From assembly GCA_963733035.1 (NCBI GenBank), contig CAVTBU010000005.1:608001-672000 (forward strand): DNA of 64,000 nucleotides, given 5' to 3'. A program made the position numbers and the translations under genes. Below are positions 54,050 to 63,264 of this stretch, in pieces (the stretch's first letter is position 1; the number at the start of each line of letters is the position of its first letter). Source of the stretch: Pirellulales bacterium (lineage in GTDB: Bacteria; Planctomycetota; Planctomycetia; Pirellulales; PALSA-1355). The notes beneath the pieces were generated by a model. It was not told the origin of the DNA. It worked only from the letters and a program-made list of their open reading frames with translations, and made no database searches.

Positions 54050-56274
54050 GCGACCTCCTGCGGTGTCGGATACGCCAGCGGAGCGTCGGCCGACGTGCGG
54101 TGTTTCGCCGTGCCCGACACGTTCCGGAGGGACGGATCGTCGGCCGATGCGGCATTGGGCAGGCGCGCCGTCTCACCCGTCAACCGGAGCGAATTGCTCA
54201 CGACCAACAGGCTGCTGACGACCATGGCCGCGGCAGCCCAGGCGGGATTCAGCCAGCCTGCGGCGGCGAGTCCAATGCCCACGGTGTTGTAGGAGAAAGC
54301 CCAGAACAGATTTTGCCGGATCACGCGAACGCTACGACGGGCGAGCGCAATCGACCACGGCACGCGGGAAATCTCGTCGGTGATCAGACATACCAGGGCC
54401 GACTGTCTTGAAAGATCGGCCCCGCAGCCGAGTGCGATACCCAGATCGCTGGCGGCGAGCGCGGGCGCATCGTTGACGCCATCGCCAACCATCGCCACGG
54501 GACCAAATTGCTGGCGCGCTTTGCCAAGCGCCGCGACTTTCTGCTCCGGCAATAGCCCTGACTGTACCGGCACGTTCAATTCTTGCCCTAGTCGACGAGT
54601 TCGCGAGGGTTCGTCGCCCGTGAGCACGGCGACATCGCACCCCAACGCAGTGCATTCGGCCAATGCCTGGCGGGCCTCGGAACGAAGGGTCTCGGCAAAC
54701 ACAAACACACCGCGAATCGAGTCGTTCCAACCGATTGCCGAAATCGAAAGCCCTTTAATTCGCGCCGCGGTAATGGACTGTCGCAGTGCGGGGGGCGTTC
54801 GCCAACCCAGCGATTCCAACCAGCGTACACTTCCCAATCGCGTGGGGGCGTGCTCATCGGCGAAGGCCGCCTTCATGCCTTGGCCCGACACGAAGGTCAC
54901 CTCGCCGGCATTCGCGGATTCGGCAATTGCATCGGCCTCGGTCAGATGGCGCACGATTGCTCGCGAAAACACGTGCATCGAAGCTCCAGCCAACCGCAGG
55001 GAGCGACGCACGACTTCCTGGCGGTCGAAGTCCGTATCGACGTCGAAACATTCGACGCGCGGGTTGCCCGTGGTGAGGGTACCGGTTTTATCGAATCGAA
55101 CCGCGCGGATTCCGGCCAGGCGCTCGAGCGCTTCGCCGTGTCGAAACAGAACCCCACGGCGCGACGCGTTTCCGAGCGCGGCCCAAACCGCCATCGGCGT
55201 GGCGAGCCCAAGAGCACAGGGACAGGCGATCAAAAGCACCGCCAGCGACGCCATCACGGCCGTCTCGAAGTGTCCCCGCCAGGCGTGGAACACCAGCGTG
55301 CCGACGGCCACAACGATTACCGCGGGCAAGAACCACGCGGCCACCCGATCGGCCAACCGCTGATATTGCCCCTTGGTGGAACGGGCCGTGCGCACCAACT
55401 CAATTAGCCGAGCGAGCGATCCTTCGTCCGCCGGTGCCATAACGTCGACCACGAGCTCACCGTCGAGATTCAGACTGCCACCCAACACCCGATCGCCAGC
55501 GCGCCTGGTGGCCGGGCGGCTTTCGCCGGTGAGCAGTTGCTCATCGACGCTCGCGCAACCCGAGAGGATGCAGCCGTCCGTTGCGATTCGCTCGCCGGCA
55601 AGCACGCGCAGCCGATCGCCTCGGGCAAGTTCAACGACCGGGAGCTCTTGCTCGTTGCCTTGTTCATTGAGCACGCGAACCCTTTCGGGAAGCAGCTTTT
55701 CCAGGGCGTCGAGCGCTTTGGTCGTCCGCAGTTTCCCGTTCGCCTCGAGCCAGCGACCGATGGTGACCATGACCAGAACGGCGCAGGCGACTTCGAAATA
55801 GACGTGCCCGGCTCCGCGTAGAACCGAGATCACCGAATACACGTATGCGGCGACAATTCCGACGACGATCAGCACATCGGCGGCGGCCAAATCGCGGCGG
55901 CGCGTCGCGAGAGCGTTTTCCAGCAGCGGCGCCCCCAACAGCCACAACACCGGCAGACTAAGCAGCAGGCACAAGTACCGGAACAAGTCCGCCAGCGATG
56001 CCGCCAGTGGCCCGGAGCCAGCCGCTCGGGCATCGTACAGATCCTGGGTCCAGAGCGCCATCGTGAACATCATCACGTTGAGCGACAGGAAAATCGCCAG
56101 CCCCAGCCGGGCCAGTGTCCAGGTCGCGGCGCCTTCAGCGCCGCTTTGCCCGGTGATCTCGGACGCCAGTCGACAGCCGAAGCAACAGAACTGCGGCCCT
56201 TCGGCCGGTTCGGCCGCGGCGGGAACCGGCAAGTGGCAATAGGCGCAGGAGGCATCCGCTTGCTTGTCGCTCAT
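54046..56274 (-). CDS. ccoI: CcoI/FixI-type Cu P1B-ATPase
   Basis: N-terminal CAYC...FCCFGC, TGE, IACPCALGLA, DKTGT, GDGVND, YN, MVVSS. Confidence 0.88.
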   Translation of the reverse strand: MSDKQADASCAYCHLPVPAAAEPAEGPQFCCFGCRLASEITGQSGAEGAATWTLARLGLAIFLSLNVMMFTMALWTQDLYDARAAGSGPLAASLADLFRYLCLLLSLPVLWLLGAPLLENALATRRRDLAAADVLIVVGIVAAYVYSVISVLRGAGHVYFEVACAVLVMVTIGRWLEANGKLRTTKALDALEKLLPERVRVLNEQGNEQELPVVELARGDRLRVLAGERIATDGCILSGCASVDEQLLTGESRPATRRAGDRVLGGSLNLDGELVVDVMAPADEGSLARLIELVRTARSTKGQYQRLADRVAAWFLPAVIVVAVGTLVFHAWRGHFETAVMASLAVLLIACPCALGLATPMAVWAALGNASRRGVLFRHGEALERLAGIRAVRFDKTGTLTTGNPRVECFDVDTDFDRQEVVRRSLRLAGASMHVFSRAIVRHLTEADAIAESANAGEVTFVSGQGMKAAFADEHAPTRLGSVRWLESLGWRTPPALRQSITAARIKGLSISAIGWNDSIRGVFVFAETLRSEARQALAECTALGCDVAVLTGDEPSRTRRLGQELNVPVQSGLLPEQKVAALGKARQQFGPVAMVGDGVNDAPALAASDLGIALGCGADLSRQSALVCLITDEISRVPWSIALARRSVRVIRQNLFWAFSYNTVGIGLAAAGWLNPAWAAAAMVVSSLLVVSNSLRLTGETARLPNAASADDPSLRNVSGTAKHRTSADAPLAYPTPQEVA

Positions 56275-56474
56275 GGAGGAGAAGTCATTTCGACCCGCAG
56301 CGCCGGAAACAGGTAGGTCAGCGTGTAGTAAATCGCGAACACCCAAAACAACACCCACAGCAGTCGCACATACCAAGGGATGCGGTTGCCTGTGTAGTGA
56401 TGGTAGCGATGCTCGACCTCGGCGGCCCCTTCGGCTGCCTGGGGCACGTCGGCCGACGGTTCAGTCGTGGTCAT
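56271..56474 (-). CDS. Small single-TM protein resembling the CcoP/FixP N-terminal segment
   Basis: HHYTGNRIPWYVRLLWVLFWVFAIYY resembles EYDNPLPxWW....TM of CcoP; translationally coupled to ccoI. Confidence 0.7.
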   Translation of the reverse strand: MTTTEPSADVPQAAEGAAEVEHRYHHYTGNRIPWYVRLLWVLFWVFAIYYTLTYLFPALRVEMTSPP

Positions 56475-56859
56475 AGTGTTCTTTCACTCGATTGGAACTG
56501 GTCGATGTCGGAAAAGTGTTCTCGCGGTTCACACGCACGCCACGGTTGTCCGTCCGCGCTCGCGCGGGTGGGTGGTCCAACAGGGCTTCGTTTTCGAGCA
56601 GCTTGTACTTGGGTGCCTCGATGTCGCGGAACATGCCTCCCAGCGCGGCCCAGGCGAACAGGCATAAAAACCCCAAGCTGGCCAGCAGGTAGTTCAAAAT
56701 CGGACTGATCGCGAAGGCTCCGTCGGCGTCTCCTCGATAGAGCGCCACGAATTCAAGAAACTTCGTACCGAAACCGTAAAGGCTGGGCACCAAGACGGCC
56801 AGGGCCATAAACAACATGAACCACCGATGGCGGCGACTCGTTGCGTGTGGCGTTTTCAT
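56461..56859 (-). CDS. Two-TM protein with CcoS/FixS-like C-terminal motif
   Basis: FAWAALGGMFRDIEAPKY resembles CcoS F.WA..SGQFDD.E; ATGA overlap with ccoO. Confidence 0.7.
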   Translation of the reverse strand: MKTPHATSRRHRWFMLFMALAVLVPSLYGFGTKFLEFVALYRGDADGAFAISPILNYLLASLGFLCLFAWAALGGMFRDIEAPKYKLLENEALLDHPPARARTDNRGVRVNRENTFPTSTSSNRVKEHYDHD

Positions 56860-57557
56860 GGATTGCTCTCCTCGGATTCCGAGTCCTCGGCCGCGGCCTC
56901 TTCGTCCGGCTGTTTTGGCAATTGGATCGGTTCGTAGGTTTCGTAATAGGGATAGCTTTCGAGCCAAGAGCCAAGCCATTGGACGTAGGTGATCAGCGCC
57001 AGACCACGTTTGTTCGGCTTGTCGGGGCTGCCGTCAAATAACCAAGGGTACTCTGGCATTGGCGAGTTGTGCGAAACCATCGTGGGCTGGAAGAAATGCA
57101 CCGCGTGCCAGTCGTTGGCACGCCGACCACCCTCGCGGCACAAGTCCGGCCCGACCCGCCGCGTGCCGAACATGACCGGACGCTGCAATTCATTTTGATA
57201 CTCGTAAGTACGCGATACCGGTCCCCAGCGATCTTCCTCGCGCGAAACGGGCCGGACGAATTGGCTGTGGCAGTGCCAGCACGCCTCGTTGACATAGGTT
57301 CGCCGGCCGAGTTCGAGCGCTTCGGCACAGTTCTCCTGCGTGGGCTTGCCGAAAGCGGCCGCGAACTGTTCGGGATAGCGCAAGCTCAGATTCTCAAACT
57401 GATACATCAGGTTGCTGTTCTTTTCGACGAGCTGGGCCGCGGTCAGCTCGGGCAAGTCGCGATACATGAGCGCCGGCACCAACGCATTGGAAAGCAGCGC
57501 GAAGATGAAAAAGCCGAGTCCGGCGACTAACAGCACGCCAGATTTACTTTCGAACAT
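56856..57557 (-). CDS. ccoO: cbb3-type oxidase subunit II (monoheme c)
   Basis: GRRTYVNEACWHCHSQFVRP, GTRRVGPDL, SPMPEYPWLF. Confidence 0.93.
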   Translation of the reverse strand: MFESKSGVLLVAGLGFFIFALLSNALVPALMYRDLPELTAAQLVEKNSNLMYQFENLSLRYPEQFAAAFGKPTQENCAEALELGRRTYVNEACWHCHSQFVRPVSREEDRWGPVSRTYEYQNELQRPVMFGTRRVGPDLCREGGRRANDWHAVHFFQPTMVSHNSPMPEYPWLFDGSPDKPNKRGLALITYVQWLGSWLESYPYYETYEPIQLPKQPDEEAAAEDSESEESNP

Positions 57558-57573
57558 TGCTCAAAATCCTCTC

Positions 57574-59073
57574 TTAATTCGTGGCCTGCGGCTGCGGTGC
57601 AGCGGTGACCGGCGGTTGCACCCGTTGCCGATCGGCGGCAGGCACGCCTTCGGCCCGCGACTTGCGCCAAGTCATGTACAAGTTGTAGAAAAAGCAGCCT
57701 TGGCCGGCGATCATCCCCAGACCGGCAAAGACTCGCAGGATCCAAAAGGGCTGTGAGCCGTCGACCGAAACTTCCCACGGCTGCAGCGAGGCCCAATAGA
57801 ATCCCTGGAACGGCCCCAACAAGATCAGGTCGGCCGCCATCACGAACAGGCTGACGGCCGATAGCCAATAGTGCCATTCGCACAAATCACGGCTGTACCA
57901 CTCGGTGCGCCAAATCCGGGGAAACAGATAGGTCATGATGCCTAGCAGCCACAAGCTAAACACGCCGAACATCACCATGTGGGCGTGTCCCACGACCCAG
58001 TCGGTGAAGTGGATCAGAGCCTGAAAAGTCAGTGTCGTTTGCATGGCGCATTGCAGGCACGTTAGCCCATAAAACACCATGCCCGTGTAGAACCAGCGGA
58101 TCGGCAGGTTGGTGACCAGCGCCCGGCCGGAACCCCAAATCGTGGCAAAGAAGTTGACAATGACCGTCGTGACCACCATCTCCACAGCGATCGTCGACAC
58201 GATGGCCCCATATTGCAGAAACATCGGAATTGGCGTGTAGAGGAAGTGGTGGATGCCGTTGAGCGGATAAAAGAATGCCAGTCCCCAGAAGCCCACCAGC
58301 GACAGACCGTGGCTCCACATTGGTTTCTGCAACATCACGGGCACAAAGTAATACATCAGTCCCCAGCCCAGGGGCGTCACAAAAAGTCCGACCAGATCGT
58401 GGATGAACAGGCCACCGACGGCGCCCGCGCTCGTGCCGGCTAGCCAGTATTGGGGCAGAAAGTTGCCCATGGCGTAGGTCAGGAACGTCCACACGAAAGC
58501 GGCCATGAAATACCAGGCCGTGACGTACATGGGTCCGCGCGTGCGAACAATCGGGGCCATGAAATTGATGGCCACCAGCAGCAGTCCGGCCAGCGCCAAA
58601 GGATCAATCCAGGTCGGTGTTTCTCCCCATTCGAGTCCCTGGGCCCCCAGCGAAAACGGCAGGCTTTCGAGCGAAGCGACGTTCGCCTGAAGCGTCGGAC
58701 CAAGCACGATACCAATCCCGGTGCCAAGCACGACGACCTGCCAGGCGATCAGTATGAACCACGACAAGCGGCGGTCGAGCACCGGCTTGAGCACCAACCG
58801 GGGCACGCACCAGTGCAAGGCGCCAAGAAACGCGTTGGCCAAAAAGCCGTAGGCCACGACATTCGTGTGCACCATCCGCCAGCGGCCCGGAGACAGAAGC
58901 TCGATGCCGTTCAGCGGGTTCCAATGCACCAGTTGCAGCGCCATCAACAATCCGGCCACCATCGCCAGCGCCAAATAACCCAGTGCGAACAGGAAGTAAG
59001 CCACGACGATCGGCTCATCGACCAACTGGTCGTGTCGGGGAATATTTTCGCGGGCGACGTGCGTGTCGATCAT
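57574..59073 (-). CDS. ccoN: cbb3-type (C-family) heme-copper oxidase subunit I, divergent
   Basis: GRWRMVHTN, EWGE, IHDLVG, MYYFVP, FYPLNGIHH and HFTDWVVGHAH: all six His ligands plus the helix-VII Tyr; GGAG RBS before ATG 59073. Confidence 0.93.
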   Translation of the reverse strand: MIDTHVARENIPRHDQLVDEPIVVAYFLFALGYLALAMVAGLLMALQLVHWNPLNGIELLSPGRWRMVHTNVVAYGFLANAFLGALHWCVPRLVLKPVLDRRLSWFILIAWQVVVLGTGIGIVLGPTLQANVASLESLPFSLGAQGLEWGETPTWIDPLALAGLLLVAINFMAPIVRTRGPMYVTAWYFMAAFVWTFLTYAMGNFLPQYWLAGTSAGAVGGLFIHDLVGLFVTPLGWGLMYYFVPVMLQKPMWSHGLSLVGFWGLAFFYPLNGIHHFLYTPIPMFLQYGAIVSTIAVEMVVTTVIVNFFATIWGSGRALVTNLPIRWFYTGMVFYGLTCLQCAMQTTLTFQALIHFTDWVVGHAHMVMFGVFSLWLLGIMTYLFPRIWRTEWYSRDLCEWHYWLSAVSLFVMAADLILLGPFQGFYWASLQPWEVSVDGSQPFWILRVFAGLGMIAGQGCFFYNLYMTWRKSRAEGVPAADRQRVQPPVTAAPQPQATN

Positions 59074-59702
59074 GGTTTCTCCGATTGCAAACGATAGGGC
59101 GTGTATCGCCCGAGCGGATAGATGATGAGCATGGTCCAACCGAAGACCAGGTGCGTGATGGCCGCCACCCACCACGGGATTTGATCGACGATCCAGCTGC
59201 CGCCAAACAACAACGGCTGCAGCCAGGACAACACGGCGTAGAAATTCACGAGCCACAATGCGATCGCCAGCGCGCTAACCACGACGAAGCGAGTGGCCCA
59301 GGATGCGCCCGCGGTAAACCGCGTGAGCACGAGCTCAAACAGGATGCCATAGAGCATGCCGGTACCGACGTAAAGGCAGCAGCCGATAGCCAGGATCAAG
59401 CCGTTGTCGACCGCGTCGAAGTCGAGCGCCTGCGCGCCCATTGGAAAAGTGAGATAGACGCGGATCAACTCCAGCGGATCTTTGCCGAACATCAGTGCGC
59501 CCACCACGTTCAGGAGCAAACTGGCCATGGCGGCGATGCCGCCCAGCATGAATCCGGTCGTGGCATAGTAGGCCGTGTAGTAGCCGGTGGCCTGCCACTC
59601 GGCCGGCGGCGGCTGGCCGGCGGCGAGCTCGCGTTCGAGCTGCTGAACTTCCGTCCGCAGTTGCTCCAAGCGCCGTTGCTTGTCCGTCGTCGCCTCACTC
59701 AT
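59070..59702 (-). CDS. Uncharacterised multi-TM protein within the oxidase operon
   Basis: Coiled-coil N-terminus, four or more hydrophobic segments, HLVFG motif; ATGA overlaps on both sides. Confidence 0.8.
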   Translation of the reverse strand: MSEATTDKQRRLEQLRTEVQQLERELAAGQPPPAEWQATGYYTAYYATTGFMLGGIAAMASLLLNVVGALMFGKDPLELIRVYLTFPMGAQALDFDAVDNGLILAIGCCLYVGTGMLYGILFELVLTRFTAGASWATRFVVVSALAIALWLVNFYAVLSWLQPLLFGGSWIVDQIPWWVAAITHLVFGWTMLIIYPLGRYTPYRLQSEKP

Positions 59703-60796
59703 GGTGCGGTCTCCGCCTGCTCTGGCTCTGACTGGTGGTTTGTGGTTTCCGCCGCAGCCTTGGCCGCCCCGATGGGAAACTGCACGCCCCGACGCCGTTG
59801 ATCAGCGAGCGATAGCACATAGTGCGTCAGGTCCCAGATCGATTCGGGTTTGTCGGCGAACGACTCGCGGAACGCGGGCATCGGCGTGCCGTTGATTCCG
59901 GATGAGATCCGCCGATAGATGTCGGTTGGCGATTGCCCGCCGTGCAACATGCCGGAAGTCAGGTCGGCGGCTGGATCCTTGCGGCCCCAAGCGTCGTTGC
60001 CGACTTCAATACCACCGGCCAGACCGCCGCGTCCATCGTGACCGTGACACTTGAAACACTCGCGCTTTTGAAAGATCGCCGCGCCGGCCGCGATCGAGTC
60101 GGCCGTGATCGGCGGCATCTTGACGTCGGGTTCCACGACGTTCTCGCGGGCGTCGGCCCATTGGTTTTCGATGCTTTCGACCAGCGCCTGTGTTGTTTCG
60201 TCGTCCAGTTCGCCTTCCGATTCGGCATGCGCGGCTAGCAGGCGCTCAAGCTCTCCTCGATGTGTCAGGGCCAACACGTACTGCACAACGGCGTCCAGAT
60301 CCTTCTTTGGCATGCGGCGGAACGAAGGCATGGACGTTCCCACGATGCCCCGCTCGATCGTCCGCCGCAGATCCTCCGGGCGGGGCTTGTAGCCGTAGGG
60401 AGTCGACGTGAATTTGAATATTCCACGGCGATAATCGCGCGGCCGTGGAGTCAAATATTCGGCGGCAGGGCCCGCACCGTCGCCGGTCACACCGTGACAC
60501 TGCTCGCAATTGCGTCGGTAGACGTCGGCTCCCAGTTCCAGCGTTTGGGTATCCTTGGGGTCGCCGCCGAGCAGCTTGGGATCGGTGGCCGTGCCGCACC
60601 ACTTGCGGAGCTCCTGTTGCACTTCCGCGCGCAGTTCGGGTTCGAGCTGAGCGACTTCCGGCGAAGAAACGAACTTTGGCTCGGCCGCACGCTCGCAGCC
60701 GGCCGAACTCACGACCGACAGAATTCCCGCCACGATTGCCAGCGCGCCGGTTGGCTTTTTCAGTAGCCGTTTCACGATCAATTGCACCTTCCGCAT
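59699..60796 (-). CDS. Diheme cytochrome c lipoprotein
   Basis: Lipobox SSAGC; CEQCH...PRPRDY..G.FK...GTSMP and CFKCH...GTPMP (His/Met hemes). Confidence 0.9.
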   Translation of the reverse strand: MRKVQLIVKRLLKKPTGALAIVAGILSVVSSAGCERAAEPKFVSSPEVAQLEPELRAEVQQELRKWCGTATDPKLLGGDPKDTQTLELGADVYRRNCEQCHGVTGDGAGPAAEYLTPRPRDYRRGIFKFTSTPYGYKPRPEDLRRTIERGIVGTSMPSFRRMPKKDLDAVVQYVLALTHRGELERLLAAHAESEGELDDETTQALVESIENQWADARENVVEPDVKMPPITADSIAAGAAIFQKRECFKCHGHDGRGGLAGGIEVGNDAWGRKDPAADLTSGMLHGGQSPTDIYRRISSGINGTPMPAFRESFADKPESIWDLTHYVLSLADQRRRGVQFPIGAAKAAAETTNHQSEPEQAETAP

Positions 60797-61017
60797 ATAC
60801 AGGCTCTCCGCAACGGCTTGTTGTCTTCACATGATCCGGCCATCTCGACTTTTTTCCGTCCAACTATCGGGCGCACTCAACGACCGACCTCCACACGCGA
60901 CCAACCGATGGCGTCATTCGTCGCTGATCGAATCATTACGGACCGCAGACAGCGGGGAACAATGACCAACTAATTTGCAACCTTGCCAAAAAGTCGCTTC
61001 GGCGGCGCGAGCCCTTT

Positions 61018-61033
61018 TGCAATTGGCGTGCCT
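61018..61033 (-). promoter_or_regulatory. Sigma54 promoter for the oxidase operon
   Basis: Reverse strand AGGCACGCCAATTGCA (GGCACG-N4-TTGCA), ~220 nt upstream of ATG 60796. Confidence 0.65.
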
Positions 61034-61069
61034 GAAGTGTGCTGACGCGAACGTGTCTAGAAGCACAGA

Positions 61070-61087
61070 TTGTGAAAAGAGCCACGA
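61070..61087. promoter_or_regulatory. Imperfect palindrome, Rex- or CRP/FNR-like site
   Basis: TTGTGAA-aaga-GCCACGA matches 11 of 14 positions of TTGTGAA-N4-TTCACAA; lies just upstream of the sigma54 element. Confidence 0.4.
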
Positions 61088-61262
61088 ACCGTGCGAAATT
61101 TAGCCGAGTGCAAGGTTCGCGCCCAGCCCCTGGTAGATTGGGATGACCGGAGCGCGGAAAAAGTGGCCGCGCCAATTCGCACACTTCATGCCGATTCGCA
61201 CAGCAGAAGCGGCCCGTTGGCGCAACAAAGCGTTGGCCGATCGCCCGGCAACGACAATGGAA

Positions 61263-63025
61263 TTATCGCGCATTGACCGTTTGAATATAGGCCTCGACGT
61301 TCTCTTCCAATACGTCCAGCGGAACGGCGCCGCCGGCTAGTACGGCGTCGTGAAACTCGCGAACGTCGAATCGTTCGCCGAGTTGTCGCTCGGCCTCGTT
61401 TCGGAGGGCCCGAATTTTCAGCTCACCCATCTTGTAGGCGGTCGCCTGCCCCGGCCAGGAGATGTAGCGATCGACTTCGGCCGTAATGTTGTGCATCGTC
61501 AGGGCCGTGTTGTCGGCCATGAACTGAATCGCCTGTTGACGGGTCCAGCCCAGGTAGTGGATGCCCGTGTCAACGACTAACCGGCACGCCCTCCACATCT
61601 CATAGCTCAGGCGGCCAAAGTCGCGGTACGGATCCTGATAAAAGCCAACTTCCAGCCCCAAACGTTCGGCGTACAACCCCCAGCCCTCGACGAACGCGGT
61701 GGCGTGGGCAAAGCGGCGAAACGGCGGCTGATCCTCGAGTTCCTGTTGGAGGGCAATTTGCACGTGATGCCCCGGGACGGCTTCGTGCAGCGAGAGCGCC
61801 TCGATCTCGAAGAGCGGCCGACTCTTGAGATTATAGGTATTCACATAGTAGAAACCCGCCCGGCTGCCGTCTCCGGCAGGTGGCTGGTAGTAGGCGGTCG
61901 TGGTGCGGGGGGCGATGAAGTCGGGGATTTCGCGAATGCCGTAAGGCGTGCGCGGAAGTTTCCCAAATAGCTTCGGCAGCTCCCCATCCATCCGCTTGAG
62001 CACCAGGCTCGTTTCTTTGAGCAGTTGCTCTGGAGTGTCGGTGTAAAACCGTGGGTCGGTACGTAGAAATTCGACAAAGGCGGGCAGGTCGCCGTCGAAT
62101 TTGACTCGCTCGAGCACGCCCTGCATTTCAGCTTTGATTCGTTTTACTTCGGCCAGCCCGGTGTCATGAACCGTTTGCGGATCGATGTCGAGCGTGGTGA
62201 AGTGCCGAACGCGGAAGCGATAGAACTCCCTCCCATTGGGAAGCGCGGAAGCTCCCACCTGTTCGCGACACGCCGGCAGGTACTTTTCGGTCATGAACCG
62301 GAGTAGCTGGCGGTAGCCGGGCACGACGTGATCGGCAATTGCAGCCCGAGCCGCTGACTGCAATCGCGCTTTGTCCGCATCATTAAAATGCTCCGGCATT
62401 TCGACAAACGGCTTGTACAGCAGACTTCGCGTGGGGTCGTCGACGAAATGCGGTTCAAGCACGGAGTCGATATCGTCCAGCACGACGCTCGGCAATGTGT
62501 AACCTTGCCGGATGCCCTCATTCATCAATTCCAAATGGTCAAGGGTGTAGCGGTCGAAGGCTGCGAGTCGGGCAACGTAATTCTCGTAGTCTTGCACCGT
62601 GTCGAGTGGCACTTGGAGCGGCAATTCCGGGAAGGAGACATGAAAGCCGGACCGATTGGTGATCGGCATTAGATAACTTTTGAACTCGGCTTCGGCAATC
62701 GCATCGCGCTTCTGGCGGGCGAAGATGTCGTGGTGAATCTGGTCGTGCGCTCAAGCTGGTCGCGGGGAATCGCTTCCAGGCGCGCAAGGAACCGCCGGTG
62801 TGCCGCCAAGCGGCGTTGTTGGTCAGCCAGTGTTTCCCGCGGCAGCCGGTCGTTATAGCGATTGTCGCCGGCGTGGGTGGCAAACAGCGGATCCTCGGCC
62901 AGGCCGAACTCCCAGCTGTCGGCAAAGAGCGCGTGAAGCTGCTGCCGCGGCGAAGACTCATCGGCCCGGACTGCGATGGAAACCAATGCCACGAAAACCG
63001 TCGCCCAAACCCGCAGGCCGTACAT
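61263..63025 (-). CDS. DUF885 family secreted metallopeptidase-like protein (frameshift at ~62745)
   Basis: Signal peptide; HEAVPGHH.Q, EGWGLYAE, RACRLVVDTGIH, EVDRY, PGQATAYKMG. Confidence 0.92.
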
Positions 63026-63264
63026 TATTGAGCCTCGTCGAAGTGGAACCGTAAAGTCGTGACCGATGCGGCCCTTAATCTATAAGACGCACGGGGCTCG
63101 TTCGAGGCAAATCTGATACATCCGGTGTGTTAATTGTAGCGGTTGTGCCAGCGGGACAGCGCCACCCACCACGACGGGTCCGTCCGCGGCTGGCTCGGTC
63201 GACCTAGGTTTGCCTCGGAGAGCGCCGCCTGGCGCGTCACGATGCATTTTTCAGGAGCAGTTCC

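Noticed and set aside
57574..59073. Nitric oxide reductase (cNOR/qNOR) call
   Set aside because: No HLWVEG-type Glu ligand; the helix-VII Tyr is retained, and ccoO and the Cu-ATPase are adjacent.
63230..63247. Sigma54-like TGGCGCGTCACGATGCA upstream of the Ntn hydrolase
   Set aside because: Spacing is GG-N11-GC and it lies very close to the RBS.
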